Assembly (NCBI GenBank): GCA_047967505.1
Contig: CM106538.1
Strand: one strand, 5' to 3'
From: Dipteris shenzhenensis
Lineage: Eukaryota
Length of the DNA stretch: 64,000 bases
Positions 51,701-64,000 of the stretch are shown piece by piece. The notes under the pieces were generated by a model. It did not search any database. It was given only the letters and a program-made list of their open reading frames with translations, and was not told the origin of the DNA. Position 1 is the stretch's first letter. Each line of letters begins with the position of its first letter. The position numbers and the translations under genes were made by a program.

Positions 51701-52522
51701 ATTTACAGCCATTCACTATGCCTATATGGTCAAAGTGATACATAAACTAGAACCCACTTCTTTTGAGCAAGCCATGGGAAAAAAAAAAAGGATGAAGAAA
51801 TGGATGCCTTGGAGCAAATGCTACATGGGAATTGGTGCCTTTGCCTAAAGACAAGAATGCAATTGGTTGCAAGTGGGTTTAAAGGTGAAGCACAATATGC
51901 AGATGATTCTGTGAACAGATACAAGGCAAGATTAGTTGTCAAGGGGTATGCACAAACATATGGCATTGATTATGAAGAAACATTTAGTCCGGTTGCAAGG
52001 ATGGCAACCGTAAGAGCAGTCATTGCTATGCTGGCATCAAGGGATGGTCTTTACATCAGATGGATGTAAAGAATGCTTTCTTGCATGGTGATTTGCAAGA
52101 AGAGGTCTATATGAAGTAGCCACTAGGTTATGTTCATGCTATTATCCTGAGTTTGTTTGCAAGTTAAAGAAAGCCTTGTATGGCTTGAAGCAAGCATCCA
52201 GAGCATGGTCTGACAAGATAGGATAGTATCTTGTCACTATTGACTTTCAAATTTCCAAGGCAGATTTCTCACTTTGAGAAAAATAGAGAAAGGCATTATG
52301 CTACTTGTCATTTATGTTGATAATTTGATCATCACAGGTGATAGTGATGAAGATATCCTTCATGTGAAAATGCTATTGAAGTAGAAGTGCGAGATGAAGG
52401 ATTTGGGAGAGCTGCATTACTTCTTCGACATTGAGGTGATTAGATCCACAAGTGGGATATGGCTCTTGCAGAGGCAGTATGGATTGGACATGTTGTCCAA
52501 ATATGGGATGATAGGCTATAAG
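48765..52522 (+). mobile_element. Copia A5, older degenerate copy (partial 5' LTR to 48907, PBS 48908-48919, gag to RT with an internal deletion near 51440), 3'-truncated
   Basis: Colinear with A2 and A3 but with many stops and indels. Confidence 0.9.
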
Positions 52523-53555
52523 AGGAAGAAGAGCCTGCGGAACCACAATGGCAACGGCCATTCCCGAAGTGGGTAAAGTAACTTTTGGATAGTAGAGAAC
52601 CTCCAACCATTGAGGAGGAACCACACTGCTGGTCCAAGAGATTAGAGGAGCAAAGAAGGGCGCAGGAACACTTGGTCAACTTTGCTTTGATGACAGAGGT
52701 GATCCGTGTTGATGAACCCAAGTGTCTTGAAGAGGCACAGGGAGATGATAGGTGGATGGAGGCTATGCAGTCAGAGTATGGCTCCATTATGAAGAACAAC
52801 ACTTGGGACCTTGTGGATCAACCACCAAAATGCAAGGTAATCAGCACCAAGTGGGTGTACAAAACCAAGTACAAGTCCAAAGGCACATTGGATAAGTACA
52901 AGGCTCGGCTCGTGGTAAAATGATTCGCATAGGTACATGGTTTTGATTATCAAGATACTTTTGCTCCCATAGCTTGACTAACCACAATTCGCAGTGTTTT
53001 GGCTTTAGCATCCTAGGGAAGTTGGCCTGTGTTTCAGAGGGATGTAAAATCCACCTTTCTGAATGGAGATCTCAAGGAGGAGGTATACGTGGAACAACCA
53101 CTAGGTTTTGTGATCCCCGGTTCAGAAGGTAAAGTCTATAAACTGAAGAAGGCACTTTATGGGCTGAAATAGGCCCCACGAGCATGGTACTAGGGGATTG
53201 ATGCCTACTTTCTACAAAACGGGTTCAAGAGGAGCCCATCTCATGCAAATTTGTATATCTTCAGAGAAGGAGGCAAGTGTATGATCGTGGTCCTTTATGT
53301 GGATGACCTTGTCATAACATGGAACCATGAAGAGAAGATCTCGCATACAAAGCATTTGCTAGGAAGAGAGTTTGAAATGATAGACCTCAGATTGATGCAT
53401 TTCTATTTGGGAATTGAAGTTTGGCAAGAGCCAAAACAGATCTTCATCTCATAGCTGAAGTATGCTGGAGAGATACTAAAGGCATTTGACATGGCTGAGT
53501 GCAAATAGTTGGCACCCCTATGGAGGTTGATGTGAAGCTCTCATCTTCATCGACT
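52523..53555 (+). mobile_element. Copia family F RT fragment
   Basis: [37 protein letters not shown]. Confidence 0.87.
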
Positions 53556-53584
53556 TGGCATTTGTTGACTCTGTGCCAACATGA

Positions 53585-53940
53585 ACTTATGTAGAAAGAG
53601 AATGTGATACAACTTTGTGTGACAACTTTGTGATACAACTTTGTGATACAACTTTGTGTTACAACTTTGTGTTACAACTTTGTGATACAACTTTGTGCTA
53701 CAACTTTGTGATACAACTTTGTGTTACAACTTCTACATACGACTTCTACATGTAGAAAGAGAATGTGTTACAACTTCTACATGTAGAAAGAGAATGTGTT
53801 ACAACTTTGTGATACAACTTTGTGTTACAACTTCTACATACAACTTCAACTTTGTGTTACAACTTTATGATATAACTTTGTGTTACGACTTTGTGTTACA
53901 ACTTTGTGATACAACTTTGTGTTACAACTTTGTATTACAC
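53585..53940. repeat. 13-bp minisatellite (TGTGATACAACTT/TGTGTTACAACTT)
   Basis: About 20 tandem units visible. Confidence 0.92.
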
Positions 53941-54309
53941 TTCCTACATGTAGAGAGAGAAGCTCTTCAACTTGTATAAATACCCCATAATGGAATGAAG
54001 CCCACACTCTTTGGGGCATTGTGTTGAGTCTACTTCGGTATTCCAAGCATTTATCTCAAGTGTCCATGCTTCCTTGCACTCCACATCCAAAAGAATGTCC
54101 TAACCTTGCAACTCCTCCTCTGCTCTCCTCCAACCTTGCAACCCATCCTCTCCCTCTCCTCCTCCCTCCTCCTCCTCCCTCCTCTCTCTTCTTTTCCCCA
54201 TGCTCTTACACCTTCTTCCTCTCCCACTCCTATGCTTCCCCTAAACCCTTTGTTCCTCAACCCTTAAACTCCATGATCTACGAGGGACACGAGTTCTCCA
54301 CCATGTACT

Positions 54310-54665
54310 CTACCCTAAACCTTGGATCCTCCTTCTAACCCTGGACTCCTGAACCTTGGAACCTCCTTCTAACCCTGTGGACTCCTTCTAAACCCTCGAA
54401 CCTCCTTCTAAACCCTGGAACTCCTTCTAAACCTTGGAACCTCCTTCTAAACCCTGGAGCTCCTTCTAAACCCTGGAGCCTCCTTCTAACCCTGGACTCC
54501 TAAACCCTGGAACCCCCTTCTAAACCCTGGAACTCCTTCTAAACCTTGGAACCTCCTTCTAACCCTAGAACCTTCTTGTGAACCCTAGAACCTCCTTCTG
54601 AACCCTGGAACCTCCTTCTAACCCTGAAACCTCCTTCTAACCCTTAAACTCCTCCTAAACCCTAC
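54310..54665. repeat. Tandem repeat of about 20-21 bp (AAACCCTGGAACCTCCTTCT) containing the telomere-like CTAAACCCT
   Basis: About 15 degenerate units. Confidence 0.88.
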
Positions 54666-55579
54666 AACCCCCAATGAAGGCGAAAGCCTTCATTACCTCA
54701 ATCATGATGATAAGCGTTTCTTTTACACATGCATGCACTTTGTTTGCTAACCACACTTAAGCCTACGTCTCTCATCGGAACACGACTCGAGATCCTAAGC
54801 TACATGTATACTACAATGACAACCCTAATATATCTGTAGGTGACAAAAAGCCTCGGAACCCTGCATATTGAGAAAACCCAGCTCTTCCTACAAAAGCAGT
54901 AGGAAAGAGCGAACATTTGGTGCTGTTGCCGAGGAGATAGCATATCAAGTAAGAGTAAACATATGCAGGTATGTATAGAAAACAAACTACTTTGAACTTT
55001 CACGAAAATAACACTCAAGGGCAAGGAGAGTGAATTTTTTTTTCCATTTGTAGCCAAACATATCAACCCCAAGCATCAACCTTGGGTTACTACCTTAAGA
55101 AATTTTATTTATTTCCTAAATAGAAGCCACATGATATACAATTAGGCTAGTTAGTGGATACGAATGCGTAGAGCTTGCAATTTTGATCATTTTACCTTTT
55201 TTCAGAAAAGCAAACCGAGCTATCCATAAAGAGTTATGGCTCAGGAAGAGTTTAGGGTTAAACCCTAAACCTAAACTCAAATCCTATAAAAACCAACTCC
55301 ACCCCCTCATTCTTCATCTTTCACTTTTTGCCTCCATTCTTCTCTTCATTCCGAGCCCTACGCAAGACACTCCTCCCTCTCCATCGACCACCACCTTACT
55401 CCCATCCTCACATTGTAAGTAACTTCAAGCCCATCTCGCAGCGATAACCCAACCATCCACCCACCGTCCATTGTTTCTCAACAATCCTGTTACATCGAGA
55501 AAGACCTGGAGAGCATTCAGGTGACCACCTCTCCCTCCCTTTTGATTTTCGTCCGTCAAGTTTTTTATTTATTCTCTTT

Positions 55580-56563
55580 TTTTTCCCCCCCTCCCATTTC
55601 CACCATCCCCTCCCCCTCCCCCCTCCATTTCCACCTCCCCCTCCCCTTTCCTCCTCAATTTTCCCCCCTCCCCCTCCCCCTCCCTCTTTCCCTCCCCTGT
55701 TCTCTCTCTCTCTCTCTTTCCCTCCCTCCTCAATCTCCACCACCCCTCCCCCCTTCTCCCCCCTCATCTCCACCACCCCCTCCTCCCTCCATCTCCACCA
55801 CCCCTCCCTCTTCCCCCCCCCCTTTCTCTCTCTCTCTCTACCCTCCCATTTCCACCACCCCTTCCCCCTCCCCCCTCCATCTCCACCTCCCCTTCCCCCT
55901 CCCCCTCCTCCCTCCATTTCCACCTCCCCTTCCCCCTCCCCCTCCATTTCCACCACCCCTTCCCCCTTCCCCCTCCATCTCCACCTCTCCCTCCCCCTTC
56001 CCCCTCCATTTCAACCACCCCCTCCCCCTCCCCCCTCCATCTCCATCTCCACCTCCCCTTCCCCCTCTCCCCTCCATCTCCACCACCCCTCCCCCCTCCA
56101 TCTTCACCTCCCCCTCCCCCTTCCCCCTCCATTTCAACCACCCCCTCCCCCTCCCCCTCCCCTCCCACTCCATCTCCACCTCCCCCTCCCCTCCCCCTCC
56201 ACCTCCCCCTTCCCCCTCCACCTGCATCTCCACCACCCCCTCCCCCTTCTTTCCCTTCCCCTTTCTCTCTCTCTCTCTCTCTTTCCTTCCACCTCCCATT
56301 TCCACCACCCCCTTTCCCCCTCCCCCCCTCCATTTCCACCAACCCCTCCCCCTTCCCCCATCCCCCTTTCCCCCCTCCATCTCCATCTCCCCCTCCCCCT
56401 TCATCTTCCCCTCCCCCCCTCCCCCTTCTCCCCCTCCATCTCCACAACCCCCTTCTCCCCTCCCCCCTCCCCCCCTCCATCTTTAGCAGCACCACCCCCC
56501 CTCCATCTCCACCACCCCCTTCTCCCCCCCTCCCCCCTTCCAACACCACCTCTCTCTTTCTGA
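55580..56563. repeat. About 1 kb C/pyrimidine-rich low-complexity tract (CCCTCCATCTCCACC-like units) ending at a gap
   Basis: Composition; the ORFs here are poly-Pro/Gly artefacts. Confidence 0.92.
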
Positions 56564-56663
56564 NNNNNNNNNNNNNNNNNNNNNNNNNNNNNNNNNNNNN
56601 NNNNNNNNNNNNNNNNNNNNNNNNNNNNNNNNNNNNNNNNNNNNNNNNNNNNNNNNNNNNNNN
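56564..56663. other. Assembly gap (100 N)
   Basis: Run of N. Confidence 1.
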
Positions 56664-56674
56664 TGTTACCCTAA

Positions 56675-56832
56675 CTAGAGTCACTTGGTTTCAACCCCTG
56701 AGTTGGACTTAAAGTCCATTCACACCACCATTAGAACCCCCCAACTTAATTTTACCCCGACATTAACCCCTCGTAACTCATCCATTTGGGACCCAAACTG
56801 AACGCCGTTTGATGAACCCAGATTTCACACAT
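56675..56832 (+). repeat. Copy of the gypsy leader segment at about 29120-29270
   Basis: Shared GACTTAAAGTCCATTCACACCACC...GTAACTCATCCATTTGGGACCCAAA. Confidence 0.75.
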
Positions 56833-59085
56833 AGAAACACCATGCGAAGTCATGCAAATGCATCATGGTTGGCTATAGTGAAGAAAGCAAAGCATACAAA
56901 TTGTATGATCCCATCAACCACAAAGACATTATCTCCAGAGATGCAATCTTTGATGAGGAATCATAATAGAAAACCTCACCTACACAGGAGATAGAAGCAT
57001 TGACTGCACAATCGTCTACAGAACACGTTGATGAAGAAGAGCCAGAATTGCCAGCAACACCCCAAACAGTGCCACAGCAGCTCAGACGGTCTACTAGGGA
57101 AAGCAGACCACCAGCCAGATTGACATATGCTCAGAAAGGCAAAGCAATTTAGGTGGAAACCACTAACTATGCTCTTATGACTACCATCATGGCTACAGAA
57201 GAGACAGTGTACTTTGAAGACACAGTAGACAAGCCAGAATGGCAAACTGCTATGAATGAAGAAATGGATGATTTGTATAAGAACAATACTTGGGAATTAT
57301 GTGACCTTCCACTAGGAAAGAAGGCCATAGCCAACAAATGGGTATACAAAGTGAAGTACAATCTAGATGGTAGTATTCAAAGATATAAAACCAAACTAGT
57401 TGCAAAAGGATTTGCACAACAATATGGTCAAGACATTGATGAGACTTATGCTCCAGTAGCAAATATGGATTCCATATGGTTCTTGATATCACTAGCGACA
57501 CTCAACAAATGGAACGTGTATCAGCTCGATGTCAAGAATGCATTTCTCAATGGTTATCTAGACGAGGAAGTCTACATGCAACAACGAGCAGGTTATGTTG
57601 AACCAGGAAAGGAGAAAAAGGTTTGCCATCTCAAGAAAAGTCTCTACGGCTTAAAGCAAGCACCCAGAAGTTGGTACAGTAGAATTGACACGTATTTTGC
57701 TGATCTGGGATACATGAAATCCAATGCAAATCAATCTCTCTACTACAAAGTTCAAGGGGAAGCCTACTTTTGTATGTAGATGATTTGATTGTGACAGGAA
57801 GCAAGGATAGCTTCATCAAAAAATTGAAACAAGACTTATCTGCAAAGTTCGACATGAAAGATCTTGGACTTATGCACTATTGTCTTAGAATTGAGTTCTG
57901 GAGAGATTCAAATAGCACATTTATGAGTCAGCTCAAGTATGTTGACAGTCTCCTAAAGAAGTTTCATATGGCAGATTGCAAGATTGCAGCCACTCCCATG
58001 GAACAGAGTTTGAAACTTACTAAAGATTCAAAAAAGCCTAGAGTCAATGACAGATACTATAGGCAACTCATCAGATCTCTTATATATCTGACAATCACAC
58101 GGCTAGATATTTGTTATGCATAAGCTCACTAGCATAGTTTATGGCAAATCCAAAACAGTCTCACTAGAATGCAGCCAAAAGAGTCTTGAGATACATAAGA
58201 GGAACAAGACAGTTTGCGATAGAATACAGAGGAAGTCATCCACGATTGCATAAATACTGTGACAGTGACTATGGCAGAGATCATGAGACTAGGAGATCGA
58301 CACAGGGATATGCATTTTTCCTTGATCAAGGTGCTATATCATGGTTGTCAAACAAACAGCCAACTGTTTCTTTGTCTTCAACTGAAACAGAATATATGGC
58401 ACTCACTACAAGTGCATGTGAGGCTATATGGCTCAGAAGACTATTGTCAGAAATAGATTACTTTGATGAGTGAAAGCCAACAACAATATACTATGATAAT
58501 CAATCGGCTCAAGCATTGGCCAAAAATCTAGTATATCACTCTAGGACAAAGCACATTGATGTCAAAGAGCACTTCATCAGAGAAAGAGTCTTACTTGGTG
58601 ACATCACACTGCAGCATTGTGATAGCAAAGAAAATGTTGAAGACATCTTTCCCAAACCACTCGGTAAAGAGCTATTCGAGAAACACCGACTCGCTCTTGG
58701 TTTGATGCAAAGGAAGGACATTCCCATTAAAGGGGTGTGATGGAATGTAATTCTCAGTCCTTCTTCGATTCCCCAGAATCATCATCTTGAGGGAAGGCCT
58801 ACTTCATGATGTTGATCTTGAGGGAAGGTGTTGAGAGTTCACACTCAACATCATGTGATCATGTGTGCATAGCACCATCACGTGATCATATGTGCATAGC
58901 ACTAACCTTATAGAGTGCTATAAAGGAAAGGGTTAGATTCCTTAACCCTAACCCTAAAAGGGTTTGTATATATTCTATTTTTTCAACTAAATCTAGTGTA
59001 CAGTTAGTCATTTGTGGTGTGCTCTCTAGCTGTGCCCTCTCTCCTCATCTCCACTCTTCTCCTCTCCCCTCCTTATATTTTGCCA
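56833..59085 (+). mobile_element. Copia B2 3' part (INT C-terminus, RT, RNaseH, 3' LTR about 58736-59085)
   Basis: KCIMVGYSEESKAYKLYDP; ORFs 57153-58740; LTR ends TTTGCCA and matches 5281-5603. Confidence 0.92.
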
Positions 59086-60581
59086 CTGCCTCTTAAGCGA
59101 AGATCTTTTATTGCCAAGTATCGTAACAATCTTTGACTCGGCCGATTTATCTGTGAACTAATGATTGGGGGGTTAGGATACCTAGAGTGAACAGCAGTGA
59201 GGATCTCATCAGCCGACCTCTTTGGATGGTCTTTGTAGTGGATAAAGCAATCTTTGTAATTGTTAGCAATTACAAAGCGCATGAAGGCCATGATGTCCTT
59301 CCCCCATGCATCCATCAAGATGCCTCCTGTCTGAGTGATGTCATAGAAGATCGTACCATCACCCAGAGGCATGTCTAAATCATCTGAATCATCATCGTCC
59401 CCATCACCACCCCTCCCAAAGCACTGTGCCATGCATCCCCCACCGCTCTCCCTGCTACTACGCCTACTACCATGTCATGTCGAGCTAGTATGCTGGCCAC
59501 TCGTAGCTGGAGACTGCACGGGACTACATGGACCACTCGTAGCTGGAGAACTGAGTCTCGACTGCACAAGAGTAGCCGATGGCTCTATAAGACAGAAGGA
59601 CCTCTTGACAGGATGGGGGAAGGGGCATAAGATGGCATGGGGGAAAGGGCCTTGGCTGTGTAGCCAGCTGGGCTGTGCTGACTCCACTGGGGTAATCTCA
59701 GCTAGTGTGGGGTTGGGGTGGTTTGGAGTCTATAGTGCCAACTCCTGGGGGGTGCTTAGAGTACCCGTCATATAGCCGTATAACTCTGCAGGACTGGGAG
59801 GTGCCCTAAAAGGTTATATAACTCCCTAAAAATAGACTCCTAGAGATCAGGTGAGCCTGAAGAGCTTCCTGGCCACATGATGAACTGGAAAAAAGAAAAA
59901 AAGAAGATCACTGATGAGCTAAGAAGAGAAAAAGAAGAGAAAAAGAGAGAGAAAAGGAAAGGGAAGAGAAGAGAAGGGAAGGGAAGGGAAGAGAAGAGAA
60001 GGGAAAGGAAGGGAAGCATCTAAACTATCGGAGCACGTCTATAGATGCATTTGAGAAGCACATTTATTTTTGTGTATAATAGCGCATCTATAGATGCGAC
60101 TGTTTGTGTTTGAAAACAAGTTAGACACATCTATAGACGTGCCTGTAGACGTGGTTTTAGACACGCTCTGAGACGCATCTATAGACATGCTCCGACAAAC
60201 GAACTATTCTAAAAAGTGCAAAAGGACATGCGACCGACACAAAAGCATAACACTGATACCAAAATCATTCATTTCTTGGATACGACAAAGGACAAATCCA
60301 AAGAGAGCAACTTCCAAAGAGAGCAACTTCCAAAGAGAGCAACTTCCAAAGAAGATCAATTGTAAAGAGACTTACCTTGCATAGAGGTATGGAAGCTTCT
60401 TGTCCTTCTTCAAAGTTGCTTCTCTTCCTTGTTCACCCTCTTCTCCTGTAAGCCTGGAAGTAAGTGTGGGTGCCTTCCTCTTAAGTGTAAGCCTAGAAGT
60501 AAGTGTGGGTGCCTTCCTCTTAAGTGTTGAAACTGTGGATCTATTAATAGCAAAGCAAGCAAGCCGCACGAAGTTTAAGTA
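59086..60581 (-). pseudogene. Spliced, degenerate ORF of unknown function (possibly a DNA-transposon accessory gene), cut by the B2 insertion
   Basis: Minus-strand acceptors (TTTTTTCCAG at 59885, TTTTCTTCACAG at 60582) and donor AAG/GTAAG at 60375; ORFs 59475..59687 and 59073..59432 are in the same frame, separated by a stop. Confidence 0.45.
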
Positions 60582-60841
60582 CTGTGAAGAAAAGTAAAGC
60601 AAGCGCGCTGCAAACCGTAATCTTGTCTATCTCTTCAACCTTTTCCATGTTGTTTTTGGCATGCCCAGAAGGAAAGGCTATTGTAATCGGTCTGTGCTGT
60701 CAAAGATGATAAATTTTCTATCTAGGGCTGGCCAGGTGGTAGAATTTGACAGGTGGTGGATTTTCTTTGTTGACTCGTGTGAACGGGTGATTGGTTGTCC
60801 CTGGGGCTATTCTTGTCCTCTGTGCTTGCTATTTTTGTCCC

Positions 60842-60884
<43 letters not shown>

Positions 60885-60896
60885 CGCTCTCTCTCG

Positions 60897-60937
<41 letters not shown>

Positions 60938-61156
60938 TCTTCTTCTTCTTCCCTCTCTTAGCTTCCAAGGTAGGCCTTTTGAATGTATTCAACTTGTTTT
61001 TTCTCTTCTTGGGTAAAGGTATAGACTTATTCTCAAGTGCTTGTTCATCGTTTTGTTTCCTACAAAACCATCTCACCAGCCTGCTCTTAGCAGCTCTCTT
61101 ACTGCACTAATTTGGTTGGGTAGCACTTCAATGCATGCATTGATTCTCTGACTCTT

Positions 61157-63635
61157 TGTTGGGATAAGTGTGATCAAGGGCTTGCTCTAAGGTGCATGTG
61201 TGCAGCTAGGGGAGTCACATATGTGTGTGTGTGTGTGTGTTGTAGAAGCACACCTAATGCTATGAGGTGTCTAGTGTGTGAGCTAAGTGATGATGTAAGC
61301 ACAAAGGCCCCCACATGGGAGGTTCCTTTGATTTAGGCCAATCCCATTGATGTAGGGCTTGATTGCCACTAATATAGGGGAGGTGCCTACACCGTCCTCT
61401 CACTCTATATAATGGAGGATGTTACTTCATTCTAATACAATGAATTTTGTCTCACTTAATCTCTCTCTTTGTGCCATGATGCATCTATTCTATCCCACAT
61501 TCTTCTACATTCCTTCCTCTTTAGAAATGGCTTAGCTCTATTCTCCCCATTCCTTGTGTCTTTTACCAAGCCCTCCTATAGCTGAAGACTCTACCCTATT
61601 GGGCACACTTGTGGCTCAGATCATTCCTCTAGAGATAGTCTATATCACCCGCACTGATCCAAGCAGAGGTGATGAGACAAATCATGCAATTCCATGTCTA
61701 TGCTCACTCATTGCTAGATTCCTTCATGCACAAGTTAGTCCATGCATAGAGATTGTTGCTGGTGAATTTTGAAGACCAATGCGTGCTAGAGTGAGGGGAA
61801 AACAAGAAAAGAACAGTCGAGGAAGTCACAACTCTCCCAGACAGAATGGCACACTATTTCGCTCAAGATCTGTGTTGAATCTACCATGGTATTCAAGCTC
61901 TAGTTTTGCATAGAAATCCCTCTCAAACTCTTCTCCAGCTGTGTGGATTCTGACCTCCAAGTTGAGCTAGAATTTACAAACCATTTTTGACAGTTTTGGA
62001 AATTTAATGCTAGAGTAAATGCTAGGATGATGTTTGACGAATGAAGTGATTGTTAAGTACAGATCAGAGAATGTAATTTCAGATTGAAAAAGGTAAGACC
62101 CTCTCATGGCTACTTACAAAATTGACAAATTCAATGTCCAAGGGTTTCATACTTGGTAGATGAAGATAAATTTTATGCTTATGAAAGAAAATTTATGGGA
62201 CTCAAGGTAGGAACTCAATCCTCTCAGGAAGGTGACTCAACTACAACCAACAGTAAAGGCAAGGCCACGGATTCTACTTCTACACTTGCAGATGCAAAAA
62301 GGATAGAGAAAGCCTATGCAATAATTGCATTAGGTTTGGGAAATGATTATGTACACCACATTTCAGATTTGGAATAAGTTAGCATTGCATAAGTCAGACA
62401 TATTATTTGGTGCTAGCTCTCATACTTCCAAATTAAATCTAAAAATTAAGTTCTTTGAACTTAAAATGGAGGGAGATAATGTTGTTGCTCCAGTCAACAC
62501 TATGAGGAGTCTTATGACACAACTAGCCTCAATTAACTCTCCTATCACTGACGATGATGCTATGGCAGTGCTCTTAAAGAGTATGCCTCAAGACTTTGAC
62601 TATGTGGTTACTACTTTGAAGAATCTTCCTCAACCCACACTAGAGGGCATCATCAGTGCCTTACAAGAAGAGGAAAGAAAGAACACTTCAAGAATGAGCA
62701 AAATGCACACAAAAGCACTTGCAGTGAAGTTGTTAAAGATGCATGCAAACATTGTAGGAAAAACAATCATCTTGAGAAGGATTGCTATAAAATCAACCTT
62801 GCTCTTATTGTGGCAACAATAATCACTCTGAGAAGTTTTGTAATGAGAAAAAGAGGAGTATGACAAATCCACTTGAAGAGAGAACTCCATCAACAAATGA
62901 AGCATCAAACTTTGTGGTAGAAGACAAAGACTTTGCCTTTTTAGCAATTTGTCTCTGAATTTTTGTTTATCATCACTTGGTCAAATTTTGAGGTTCTCTA
63001 CCTGGAGTAGAACTCCAAAAAGAATGTTATGTGTTTTTTCTTTTGTAAATCACCTCTGGTCACCATATGATGTAGGCCATGTGATTTGTGTTTGGTTTAT
63101 CCTAGTTTTTGTAAACCTTGACCCTTGGGCACCTTTGTTAGAATGAGATCCTAGCCATAGATTTATCCTTGACCACCAGAGATCGCATGTGTGACCACCA
63201 TGAGATGGCATGAGAAACTATGAGACTAGATGTATCCTGGACATAGCAAGAGGCAAACCCTTGAGGGGGGGTATGTTGGGATAAGTGTGATCAAGGGCTT
63301 GCTCTAAGGTGCATGTCTGCATCTAGGGGAGTCACATATGTGTGTGTGTGTGTGTGTGTATGTGTGTGTTGTAGAAGCACACCTAATGCTATGAGGTGTC
63401 TAGTGTGTGACCTAAGTGATGATGTAAGCACAAAGGCCCCCACATGGGAGGTTCCTTGACTTAGGCCAGTCCCACTGATGTAGGGGCTGATTGCCATTGA
63501 TATAGGGGAGGTACCTACACCATCCTCTCACTCTATATAATGGAGGATGTTCATTCTAATACAATGGATTTTTCCTTAGTTGAGCTCTCTCTCTTTGTTC
63601 CATGATGCATCTATTCTATCCCACATTCTTCTACA
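61157..63635 (+). mobile_element. Non-autonomous gag-only LTR element (TR-GAG-like, copia-type Gag), 2.5 kb
   Basis: LTRs 61157-61509 and 63274-63635 (TG..CA); perfect TSD CTCTT; PPT GAGGGGGGG 63263-63271; degenerate PBS TGGTATTCAAGC 61887; Gag LKIKFFELKM..AVLLKSMP..LQEEE plus two CCHC knuckles; no pol. Confidence 0.88.
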
Positions 63636-64000
63636 CTCTTCAGCTCACCAGCATGAGAGACTGCCTCTTTGCTACTCTTCACGACCCTTTTCTATCACTT
63701 CTTATGGCCGCAAGATGTTTTTAGCACCTCAAGTGCTTGCTTCTGCGCTGATATTGTGTGTCTCATAGCTACATGCCACGTAAACTTGTTCCCTTTGTGT
63801 TTGTTAACCAAAACCTTTTATCACTTTACCTTTTGCTTGGTCAACCATATCATTGACTACCTAGTCAACCTTATGGTTGACTATCTTACGTTTGCCTAGT
63901 TGTCTCGATTGACCCCCTCTTTCTCTTAAATTTCTTTTTTTCAAAAAATAACTCTTTCATATGCACTCTATTAGCAATTTAAATTTAAAAGATGATTTAG

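Noticed and set aside
53585-54665. Tandem arrays as possible CRISPR arrays
   Set aside because: No unique spacers, no cas genes, eukaryotic TE context.
55408-56684. Long Pro-rich and Gly-rich ORFs resembling extensins
   Set aside because: Open in several frames on both strands because of C-rich low complexity; no signal peptide; abuts a gap.
60661-61110. Hydrophobic or RE-repeat ORFs
   Set aside because: Produced by the (CT)n microsatellite at about 60845-60935.

Overview
Eukaryotic, land-plant-type, transposon-saturated region with two 100-N gaps. A large genome such as a fern is a plausible source, but that is only an inference. Most of the window is Ty1/copia LTR retrotransposons. One family (A) occurs as about 8 full or partial copies. 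There is a four-level nest with recognisable TSDs: A1(-) contains Tnt1/Tork-like C(+), which contains A2(+), which contains D(-), and D still has an uninterrupted gag-pol ORF of about 1451 aa. Also present: degenerate Ty3/gypsy pieces (one Gag with four zinc knuckles), a LINE RT remnant split by a copia insertion, a 247-bp MITE with an 8-bp TSD, a gag-only TR-GAG-type element, and satellites. The most unusual feature is an AT-rich island at about 41.6-44.7 kb. It carries an FCP1/NIF-like HAD phosphatase ORF, broken by one 13-bp duplication, directly followed by a minimal stand-alone SET-domain ORF. Phase-compatible splice sites could join the two into one phosphatase-SET protein. No ordinary host gene, rRNA, tRNA or CRISPR array was recognised.
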